Source: Patescibacteria group bacterium (GTDB lineage Bacteria > Patescibacteriota > Patescibacteriia > Magasanikbacterales > GWA2-37-8). From it: a DNA stretch of 8,335 nt. The stretch lies in the NCBI GenBank assembly GCA_004321885.1, contig SCQK01000023.1:1-8335 (forward strand). The letters are read 5' to 3'. Under the pieces are notes generated by a model, which saw only the letters and a program-made list of their open reading frames with translations, did no database searches and had not been told where the DNA came from. Made by a program: the position numbers and the translations under genes. Shown one piece after another: positions 1 through 6,356 of the stretch. Each line of letters begins with the position of its first letter. Within the stretch, counting starts at the first letter, position 1.

Positions 1-593
1 TAGGCTGGGAGGATCAGATAGGAAGGGTTCAGGACGATTCCATCCCCCCGGTTGAACCCATAGTAGGCTGGCAAAAGCAAGGTTCGGTTGTCCCAGGTGA
101 TTGCAAGGTGTTTTCTGATCCCCTCAACAATTTTGAGTCCCTCTGTCTTGTAGCCGATATCATCCCATTTGGCAGACGCCTTGAGGAGCGCATAGGCGAT
201 CAGCAGATCGCCGTCTGTTGCGTTGTTGTAGTCGATAATCCCCCAAAGGTCATTTGGCCTTTTGCCCCAGGCCCACACAAAGAGGTTGTCTTGCCTTGAC
301 TGTAGATTATTCTTTGTCCATTGCCAGATCTTGTGAAATGTGGCCCTGTCGTCATACAAGACGCTACTAAGCATCCCATAACCCTGGCCTTCCGAGTGGC
401 TGATGTGCATCTGTCGCTTATCGGTAACTCGACCATCAGCTTGAATGAACGTAGCCTTATACTGCTCCCAAAGCTTTTCAGCCTGAGCATTCGGCACTGG
501 CACCGATTGTGCCTGAGTATATGCAGGAGAGGCGAGCACCGCTAAAAGCACTGTGAGCAACCATATGTTAACCCTCAGAATCAGTCGGTGCAT
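1..593 (-). CDS. bcsZ: Endo-1,4-beta-D-glucanase, glycoside hydrolase family 8 (cellulose-synthase-associated BcsZ). N-terminal ~197 aa only; the gene continues past the window's left edge.
   Basis: The ORF track does not list this because there is no in-window stop. My minus-strand translation from the ATG at 591-593 has no stop codon down to position 1. The translation is MHRLILRVNIWLLTVLLAVLASPAYTQAQSVPVPNAQAEKLWEQYKATFIQADGRVTDKRQMHISHSEGQGYGMLSSVLYDD...NATDGDLLIAYALLKA...ILNPSYLILPA. It has a signal-peptide-like N-terminus. The GH8 catalytic signature (I)SHSEGQGYGM and the NATDGDLLIA block match E. coli BcsZ (WEQYKQQFISSDGRVID...ISHSEGQGYGM...NATDGDLLIALAL) as I recall it. A strong SD, AAGGAGG (revcomp of 601-607), sits 7 nt upstream of the ATG. 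The start overlaps the 3' end of bcsB by 26 nt. Confidence 0.82.
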   Translation of the reverse strand, partial: MHRLILRVNIWLLTVLLAVLASPAYTQAQSVPVPNAQAEKLWEQYKATFIQADGRVTDKRQMHISHSEGQGYGMLSSVLYDDRATFHKIWQWTKNNLQSRQDNLFVWAWGKRPNDLWGIIDYNNATDGDLLIAYALLKASAKWDDIGYKTEGLKIVEGIRKHLAITWDNRTLLLPAYYGFNRGDGIVLNPSYLILPA

Positions 594-2751
594 CCTTAAA
601 CCTCCTTGCCCTGTATCGCCTGAGGAGGTAGAAGAGGACCAGCCCCATGGCGATTATGACGACAGCCACCGCGATATAATAGAGCCACGGATAAAAAAAC
701 AGGTACCTGTCGATCAGGGAGACCTTCCCGGTCTTTCCTGAAAAATACCGTTTGCCAACCTGTAATGACGAAACGGTATAGTCCGGCGGCGAGAGATCGA
801 TCAGGACGAGGCCGCCTTCGGACTTCGATTGCACCCCAGGTTCGAGAAGCGCCCTGCTCAAAGTCTGTAGATCTTCAGAAGTTGCAGCCGTTGCGAGTAG
901 AACCGTGCGGCCCTCTGTGAATGGCGAGAGAAACTCCATCAGTACACCTTTACCAGGTTTGAACTCGCTGATCTGTTGGCTATAGGCCAGGGTGACCTCG
1001 TCGTTCCAGCTCCTGATGACCGGATGGGGCACGATAGTCTCTTTGGTCAGTGTCAGCGGGGCGGCCTTTTTATACGTCTCTGGGATGGTGTTGACTTCGC
1101 CTACAACGATCAGTTCGCCATCGAATCGTTTGGGATCTGTATACGTGACCTTTACCTCAATGAGGGGATAGCCGTTTTTCTGCGTCATCACGCCGATGAG
1201 GTTCAAAGCGGAATTGATCGTTGCTAAATTGTTATTCGTCAGGTAGATCATCGACTCGTGGCCATCCGGCCAGCGGGTAAATGGGAACCCGCTGAGCATC
1301 AGCAGCTCGATCCTTGGCAGATCCGTCAAATGTGGCATCGGCGGGAACAAGAGCGTTGAGTTTTCAAAGATGGTAATAAAGAGATTTGCGTCCTGTATGA
1401 ACTCGCAGGCTTTACCACTGGAGGGTGTCAAGACCGGCTCGAACCGGAAGATATTATCGCCCGGTTTGAACATGTAGGTCGGGACCTTGATCTTGTACCC
1501 TTCGATGGTGTCCCCCTTGCTATTGTCGAGATGGATGCCCCTCACCAGTTGCCCATTGAGGGAGATGTTCAGAGCCGAATCGGTGCGGAGGGCTGCACCA
1601 TAGGCAAAATACAGAGAGAGGTCAGCATAGATATTGGGTCTGACGAGAAAATCGGGTGGCAGACGGAAGGCTATCTCTAGCGATGATGGGTTAAGCCCTT
1701 TGAAGGTGTGAGATCGAACGTCCAGGTTTTTGAAAGTGTACTGTTTGTCCGGGGTGATGACGAGCCTCCCGCTGTACATCGTGATGTCTGGAAGGGTAAA
1801 TCCTGTGACCAGCATCTCGTCAGCGTTGGGAAGCGAAGTGGACATGATGGCAAACGTCTCGGCAGCTAGTTTCAGGTGGTCTGCGTTGAGACCTGAAACC
1901 ACGATAAGGGCATGGTTTGGGTCGACTCGTCCCTCGCCGCCTGGCAGGTGCAAGATCTTAAGATACGGTCCCTGAATCTCTGGTGGGCCGATACCCTTTG
2001 ACCTCAGGAAGCCTTGAACAAAGTCCCGGCTGCCTAGCAGGAAGTTGTCGGACCCTGGCTTTACCGTATCCGATACCGTGAAGGAGACCGGCCTGTAGTC
2101 AAACCGCCTTGCAACGCCTGATGCCAGGATGGCAGCGATCGTGAGCAGCTCGGAGTTGGTGTCTTTCAGGACGATATTGACCGCCCCCTGCGGGCTGATC
2201 TTCGGGTCGAACAACAGCCCGTTGATTGCAGGGAGTTTTAACGGGATGGGTTTGAGTGTGTAATCTACTTCGAAGAAGGCCTGATCCAACTTCAGCGTGG
2301 TCCAGAGGTCAGGGGCGCAGGGATTTTCACACTCGAGCGTATAGTGCTGTGAGACCTGAAAGCCAATCTTGTTATAACCAGGCTCCAATAAAAATGGCGG
2401 GATCGACAACCTGACCGACCCTTCTGGCGCTGACGGATTCAGGTTGACCTGCGCGACTGGATAGTCGTTGACCTTTAGCGCGAGCCTAGACTTGTTAGCC
2501 AGGAGGCCCGTCGAGTTGACGTAGTTAAAGCTCAGTACGGCCTTTTCAATCCTCCACCGCTCCGGTATGGGGATCATGAGGTTGTGACTCGCGTTGCTAC
2601 ACTTCAGATCGACGGTCTTCGCGGCGGTGAGTTTGTACAGGGGGATCCTGAGAACCTCGCCAGACACCTCCCCAGCCCAAGACAGGAGGAGCAAAAGTAA
2701 GGTAGAAGTCCACAACCTCATAAGCCGTTTCGTCATCCTCTGTCGCATCAT
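568..2751 (-). CDS. bcsB: Cellulose synthase periplasmic subunit BcsB (cyclic-di-GMP-binding protein family), 727 aa. The true start may be an internal Met at 2736 or 2721.
   Basis: 727-aa ORF in the track. It has an N-terminal signal peptide (MMRQRMTKRLMRLWTSTLLLLLLSWAGEVSGEV). A large domain with no further hydrophobic segments follows. A single C-terminal transmembrane anchor closes it (YLFFYPWLYYIAVAVVIIAMGLVLFYLLRRYRARRF) with a short charged tail. This is the characteristic BcsB architecture. Its position right after bcsA and before bcsZ fits. I find no convincing SD for any of the three candidate Met starts, so the start is uncertain. Confidence 0.8.
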   Translation of the reverse strand: MMRQRMTKRLMRLWTSTLLLLLLSWAGEVSGEVLRIPLYKLTAAKTVDLKCSNASHNLMIPIPERWRIEKAVLSFNYVNSTGLLANKSRLALKVNDYPVAQVNLNPSAPEGSVRLSIPPFLLEPGYNKIGFQVSQHYTLECENPCAPDLWTTLKLDQAFFEVDYTLKPIPLKLPAINGLLFDPKISPQGAVNIVLKDTNSELLTIAAILASGVARRFDYRPVSFTVSDTVKPGSDNFLLGSRDFVQGFLRSKGIGPPEIQGPYLKILHLPGGEGRVDPNHALIVVSGLNADHLKLAAETFAIMSTSLPNADEMLVTGFTLPDITMYSGRLVITPDKQYTFKNLDVRSHTFKGLNPSSLEIAFRLPPDFLVRPNIYADLSLYFAYGAALRTDSALNISLNGQLVRGIHLDNSKGDTIEGYKIKVPTYMFKPGDNIFRFEPVLTPSSGKACEFIQDANLFITIFENSTLLFPPMPHLTDLPRIELLMLSGFPFTRWPDGHESMIYLTNNNLATINSALNLIGVMTQKNGYPLIEVKVTYTDPKRFDGELIVVGEVNTIPETYKKAAPLTLTKETIVPHPVIRSWNDEVTLAYSQQISEFKPGKGVLMEFLSPFTEGRTVLLATAATSEDLQTLSRALLEPGVQSKSEGGLVLIDLSPPDYTVSSLQVGKRYFSGKTGKVSLIDRYLFFYPWLYYIAVAVVIIAMGLVLFYLLRRYRARRFKDAPTDSEG

Positions 2752-2848
2752 AGTCTGGTTTACTCCACTGGTGCGTCAATTGCTTGACGGTCACTGGTCC
2801 GCTTCACTCCTGCTATCTGAGACTGTGATGGACAGTCGTACCCTCTGT

Positions 2849-2864
2849 GACCCGGTCCCGGGTC
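2849..2864 (-). other. GC-rich hairpin/dyad. The transcript reads GACCCGGGACCGGGUC: a 6-bp stem GACCCG/CGGGUC with tetraloop GGAC, or a 7+7 DNA dyad.
   Basis: Read directly from the sequence. It is not followed by a U-tract on the transcribed strand (next bases are ACAGAGGGUACG), so it is not a canonical intrinsic terminator. Confidence 0.5.
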
Positions 2865-2894
2865 TGCATCTAACCGGTACTGGTAACAGTCGAA

Positions 2895-2905
2895 GTGAGC
2901 CTCAC
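2895..2905. repeat. 11-bp perfect palindrome GTGAG-C-CTCAC, 10 nt downstream of the DHH-gene stop codon.
   Basis: Read directly from the sequence. It is too short and its loop too small for a stable RNA hairpin, so it is more consistent with a protein-binding dyad. It may also be chance. Confidence 0.4.
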
Positions 2906-2915
2906 AAGAGATTCT

Positions 2916-3923
2916 TCAATTCCCCCAGATTGAGCATGGACAGGTCTTACCGCACATGTGACAGTTGAAGTATCCTAGTAAGAGACTCTTCAAGAAACTG
3001 TGTTGCAATTCACCGATGAGCTTTCCTAAGACGTCATCGGCCTGATCGCCTCTGGCTTGGCAGGTGCCGGCATTGGCATGTCCTCCCCCTCCGTATTGTT
3101 CCAGAATCGTTCCGATATCCCTTCCGTATGACCTGTCAAGAATAGATTTACCTACCGCAAAAACAATCTTATCGCTATCTGAATCGGCAATAACCTGGAG
3201 GGAGACACTACACTCTGGAAACAGCGCATGGATCATAAACCGATTGCCAGGGTACATCACCTGTTCTTTTCGCATATCCGTGACGACCAGATTGAAATGG
3301 ACTGTAGCGCACCGGAGTAGCTGGGCCTTATACTGTTCTATACACGAAAAGTATAGATTGAGCCTCTCCTCTACGTCTGGCAGGTTTAGCACATCCCAGA
3401 TCGTATGGTCTCTACAATAGTCGACCAGTCTCATAATGAGTTCAGGGGTGGAGGTCGGAAATCGTTGAAATATTTCCAGGCCGGTTCGGTGATCGATGAG
3501 GTGATTCAGGAGCATCCAGCCGGTTGGATACAGGATATCATCGATGCCGATGTTCCCGCTAAAACCCTTGTCGACGGCCTTCAGCATATCAGGCGAGACG
3601 CGTCTAAAACGTTCTCGTCCATAATAGTTGTAAATCACCCGTGACGTTGAAGGCATCCTCTGATCGACAACGAGGTTCCTGGTCTTGCCTTTGATCTCAG
3701 ATCTGCTTGGGTAATGATCAAAGGCTAAGTGAGCAGTCTCTCTGTAAGGAAGTCCGGCCGTGATGTCGGAAGCCGCGATTGCTACCTTGCCACTCTCAAT
3801 GTCTTTTGGATGCGCAAAGGCAATCCGGTCGATGAGCGCCATCTCCTTGAGCAGGACGCCGCATGCGAGCCCATCGAAGTCGCGCTTGGTCACGAGTCTA
3901 TACTGTTGCTTGTCGTTCATCAC
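2916..3923 (-). CDS. DHH/DHHA1-family phosphoesterase, NrnB-like (COG2404-type: oligoribonuclease/nanoRNase or cyclic-nucleotide phosphodiesterase), 335 aa, with a Cys-rich C-terminal tail.
   Basis: The ORF starts GTG(3921-3923)-ATG(3918-3920) and overlaps the bcsA stop codon (TGA at 3920-3922). DHH motif I is KRDFDGLACGVLL; compare B. subtilis NrnB ..NDLDGVGCGIV.. as I recall it. Motif II is AIAASDIT. Motif III is LAFDHYPS, i.e. DHY instead of the canonical DHH. The DHHA1 signature is YGGGGHANAGTCQ (the GGGH-x2-A-x-G motif). The C-terminus ends ..GYFNCHMCGKTCPCSIWGN (C-H-x2-C-x3-C-x-C). Family assignment comes from motifs only. Substrate is unknown. Confidence 0.68.
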   Translation of the reverse strand: MMNDKQQYRLVTKRDFDGLACGVLLKEMALIDRIAFAHPKDIESGKVAIAASDITAGLPYRETAHLAFDHYPSRSEIKGKTRNLVVDQRMPSTSRVIYNYYGRERFRRVSPDMLKAVDKGFSGNIGIDDILYPTGWMLLNHLIDHRTGLEIFQRFPTSTPELIMRLVDYCRDHTIWDVLNLPDVEERLNLYFSCIEQYKAQLLRCATVHFNLVVTDMRKEQVMYPGNRFMIHALFPECSVSLQVIADSDSDKIVFAVGKSILDRSYGRDIGTILEQYGGGGHANAGTCQARGDQADDVLGKLIGELQHSFLKSLLLGYFNCHMCGKTCPCSIWGN

Positions 3924-6196
3924 GCCGCTTGCTCAAGCTTCCGCCTTCGGATGATGAGTTTGGCATAGGTTACTGGTACATGAAGAAGCCGCTTATAGGC
4001 AAGCAGGCTCACCGTGAAGCCCTTTCCCGCCATCTTGACAATAAACCAGAGCATCTTAAAGAAACTGACCTTCCTTGTTCGCTTGCTCCAGTAGTCCATC
4101 CATCGTTGACTGTCGCCGTATACAAATCGTGTCGCAGTCAGCCTCGCCTGTTCATCAGGGAGGATGAACTCGGTGCCGCATAGAAACATCTCTCCTCTTT
4201 TCACAAATCGCTGGATGCGGGCCTCTAAGCCGTATCGTCCGCCGTAGCTATCCCTGGCTTCCATAATGATGTGTTCCCGAGATGTTAAGGGAAACGGGAT
4301 GTGGAACAAGAGGCCAATCCCTGAAAGCGAGATGTCCTGGATACTGGCCTCTACCGTTATTTTCAGTCGTGGGAAAAAGACCGACAATTTGCCCTTGGCC
4401 CACATCCGGTGGTGGCGTCTTATCTGTCGTCTGTCAAGGAAGGCCCCTAAACCTGCCATGGACAGCAGCAGGTTATACAGGCACCAGACGAGGGCGATGA
4501 ATGTCGTACCCCGGTAAAGGGGGTATTTGAACCACTCAACGATAGCCGTCGGGATCGCGATGGTCAGCACAGTACACATGATGAGGAATGGGAGCGCGAG
4601 CCTGCTGAGATCGTCGCTCTCCAGAGTTTTGCCTTTAGGCGTGACCTTGAACGATGGCTTCCTTGGGTTGACCATGGCTGAAAAAACAACCGGCAGCAGG
4701 AACAGCGATTGGATACTCTCATGCAGATCGGACAGGAGCGGCCACCGGTACTTTCCATAAAAGAAATTTATCAAGATCATTGAGCACAGTAGATGTGGGA
4801 CGGCGTAGGCGAGCACCTGTGGGACAGAGGCATAATAGACATGCAGGCCAAGGAACAAAAAGGCTGCCGGCGCCAGAAGGAAGATAACCCTGGGGATGCC
4901 AAAGAACCAGTATAGGCCGTTGTTAAAATAGCACAGGCGCTGATAGAGCTTCAGCCCCTTTTCAAAGAGGGGATTCCTTAAGATCATGATCTGCGTCATG
5001 CCCTGGGCCCATCGGCTTCTCTGGAGAATCAGGTCATCGAAGGTCTCTGGAGAGAGACCGCAGACCATGGATCGAGCAATGTAGGCACTGTTGTAACCTC
5101 TTCGATGTAGCGCGTAGGCGGTTTCGCAATCCTCGGTAACAGTCTCTCCTGAAAAGCCACCGACCTCTTCCAGATACCTCCTTCTCAGGATGCCGGCCGA
5201 GCCGCAAAAAAAGCTGGCGTTCCAAAGGTCAAGACCGAGATGGCTGGCGCGGTAAAACAGCTCGCTCTCACTGGGCGCATCACGCAACGCCTCTACATTC
5301 TTTTCGACAGGGCTTGGATTGATGAAGAAATGTGGTGTCTGGACCATTGCAAGTTTTGAGTCTTTTATGAACCACCCGACGGTGTTTTTGAGGATGTCCC
5401 TCGCAGGGACATGGTCACAGTCTAGGATTAAAACGAGGTCTGAGGTCGTATGACGAATTGCGTGATTGATATTGCCGGCCTTGGCCCTCACATTCCTTTC
5501 ACGCGTGATGTAACTCACGCCGAGCGCTCTTGCCATCCGTCTTAAGGCATAGTGTCGTTCCCAGGCTGCCTGGGCAGTCTCGGGATCGTTCCGCTTCGCC
5601 ACCGTGGCGCCATCATCCAGGACATGGACCGTTAGTCGGTCTTTTGAATAGTCTATATTGAGCGCTGCTATAGCTGTCGTCTCGATGATGTCGAGCGGTT
5701 CGTTGTAGGTGGGGATGAAGACGTCAACAGAGGGGTACTTGGAGGTCTCTTCCGGCAATGGCATAATCTTCCTCTCCTGAGGCCATACGTTCACAAAGAT
5801 ATTCAGGAGATGGAGGACGATGGCATAGACCTCAGCCGCATAGATGAGGATCGTTCCACTGAAATCTAGCAGGCGTTCATAGATTAATGTCTCAGAGGTG
5901 CGCCATATCAGGTAGCGAATGTCCACAAAGACCGAGAGAAGGATAAACAGGAGCCTTAACGGCGGTCTTGTGAAGCGCGTGATCCTCTCGCAGATCAGTA
6001 ACGCAAGAACCGATCCCCATCCGACGATGAACTGCCCCGGCAAGGCTAGATAAAATTGCGCTAAGTGAAAAAAAAGATAGACCAGGATCGACACTCCCGC
6101 ATAGGTGATGCCCTTGGTCAATCGCTCCTGATCGGTCAGGAGATCGGTTATGAATGCGCGAAGCGTCTGTTTCGTGAGGGCGTAGGGGCGCGGCAT
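3920..6196 (-). CDS. bcsA: Cellulose synthase catalytic subunit BcsA (GT2 processive beta-glucan synthase with C-terminal PilZ c-di-GMP receptor domain), 758 aa.
   Basis: N-terminal TM helices are followed by a GT2 domain with all hallmark motifs: VLDDGATVA (DDG), ILDCDHVP (DCD), FFCGSAGILRR, TEDCETA (TED), QRSRWAQG (QxxRW). More TM helices follow, then a PilZ domain with RRHHR (RxxxR) and DISLSGIGL (DxSxxG). An in-frame stop lies 15 codons upstream of the ATG at 6194-6196, so this is the only available start. No clear SD precedes it. Confidence 0.93.
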   Translation of the reverse strand: MPRPYALTKQTLRAFITDLLTDQERLTKGITYAGVSILVYLFFHLAQFYLALPGQFIVGWGSVLALLICERITRFTRPPLRLLFILLSVFVDIRYLIWRTSETLIYERLLDFSGTILIYAAEVYAIVLHLLNIFVNVWPQERKIMPLPEETSKYPSVDVFIPTYNEPLDIIETTAIAALNIDYSKDRLTVHVLDDGATVAKRNDPETAQAAWERHYALRRMARALGVSYITRERNVRAKAGNINHAIRHTTSDLVLILDCDHVPARDILKNTVGWFIKDSKLAMVQTPHFFINPSPVEKNVEALRDAPSESELFYRASHLGLDLWNASFFCGSAGILRRRYLEEVGGFSGETVTEDCETAYALHRRGYNSAYIARSMVCGLSPETFDDLILQRSRWAQGMTQIMILRNPLFEKGLKLYQRLCYFNNGLYWFFGIPRVIFLLAPAAFLFLGLHVYYASVPQVLAYAVPHLLCSMILINFFYGKYRWPLLSDLHESIQSLFLLPVVFSAMVNPRKPSFKVTPKGKTLESDDLSRLALPFLIMCTVLTIAIPTAIVEWFKYPLYRGTTFIALVWCLYNLLLSMAGLGAFLDRRQIRRHHRMWAKGKLSVFFPRLKITVEASIQDISLSGIGLLFHIPFPLTSREHIIMEARDSYGGRYGLEARIQRFVKRGEMFLCGTEFILPDEQARLTATRFVYGDSQRWMDYWSKRTRKVSFFKMLWFIVKMAGKGFTVSLLAYKRLLHVPVTYAKLIIRRRKLEQAA

Positions 6197-6356
6197 CAGG
6201 GTGTCGCCCGTAAGGCACAGACATACATTATGAGGCCGATCTCACCATCGATGATTGGAGTCCCGCTTCTGGCCCGCGGGAATGACGTGATGAGCCGTAT
6301 GGCAATCGCTCTCTAGGCCACTCGCGTCCATTATGTCTAGCACATTACTGTTCTCC
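6197..6356 (-). promoter_or_regulatory. 160-nt untranslated spacer between the cyclase stop and the bcsA start. Candidate promoter or 5' leader of bcsA, with an 8-bp GC palindrome CCCGCGGG (6272-6279) and a TAATGT -10-like hexamer (revcomp of 6225-6230).
   Basis: I found no ORF in any frame. The long leader and the weak or absent SD for bcsA contrast with the tight coupling elsewhere in the array. A -35 partner for TAATGT is poor (TCGATG), so I do not call a promoter with confidence. Confidence 0.3.

Larger units (their letters stand above)
2752..2915 (-). promoter_or_regulatory. 164-nt spacer inside the bcs cluster, between the DHH-gene stop and the bcsB start. It carries several dyad symmetries and is a candidate internal promoter, operator, or mRNA-processing region for bcsBZ.
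   Basis: There is no credible ORF; the longest minus-strand reading is 18 codons. It contains GTGAGCCTCAC (2895-2905), ACCGGT (2873-2878), GACCCGG-tc-CCGGGTC (2849-2864), CAATTG (2777-2782), and a TTGACG -35-like hexamer on the minus strand near 2775-2780 with no good -10 at proper spacing. Confidence 0.35.

Noticed and set aside
200-490. Track ORF, 96 aa, minus strand (MLRLKSFGSS...TTTTQQTAIC).
   Set aside because: It lies inside bcsZ in a different frame. The product is low-complexity. The GH8-matching frame starting at 593 explains this region.
108-545. Plus-strand track ORFs 108-299 and 321-545.
   Set aside because: Both are antisense to the bcsZ coding frame. They have no motifs and no RBS, so they are spurious.
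976-1975. Plus-strand track ORFs 976-1227 and 1730-1975.
   Set aside because: Both are antisense within bcsB and are spurious.
2594-2968. Plus-strand 124-aa ORF and minus-strand 65-aa ORF (2597-2794) spanning the DHH-bcsB spacer.
   Set aside because: They overlap the bcsB N-terminus and the DHH 3' end in the wrong frame or strand. They give basic low-complexity translations and have no SD. I treat the spacer as non-coding.
3064-3968. Plus-strand ORFs 3064-3420, 3405-3644, 3729-3968 and 3760-3954.
   Set aside because: All are antisense to the DHH/DHHA1 gene and the bcsA 3' end, and are spurious.
3863-6316. Assorted ORFs inside bcsA: 3863-4183+, 4266-4517+, 4282-4500+, 4527-4760+, 4564-4758-, 5034-5225-, 5892-6224-, 6065-6316+.
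   Set aside because: They are antisense or out of frame within the well-supported 758-aa bcsA ORF. Arg/Ser/Cys-rich translations are typical of wrong-frame reads in GC-rich DNA.
6197-6356. c-di-GMP riboswitch (GEMM) in the bcsA leader.
   Set aside because: I could not identify the conserved GEMM P1/P2 features or the tetraloop-receptor arrangement by eye. I keep it only as something to test with a covariance model.
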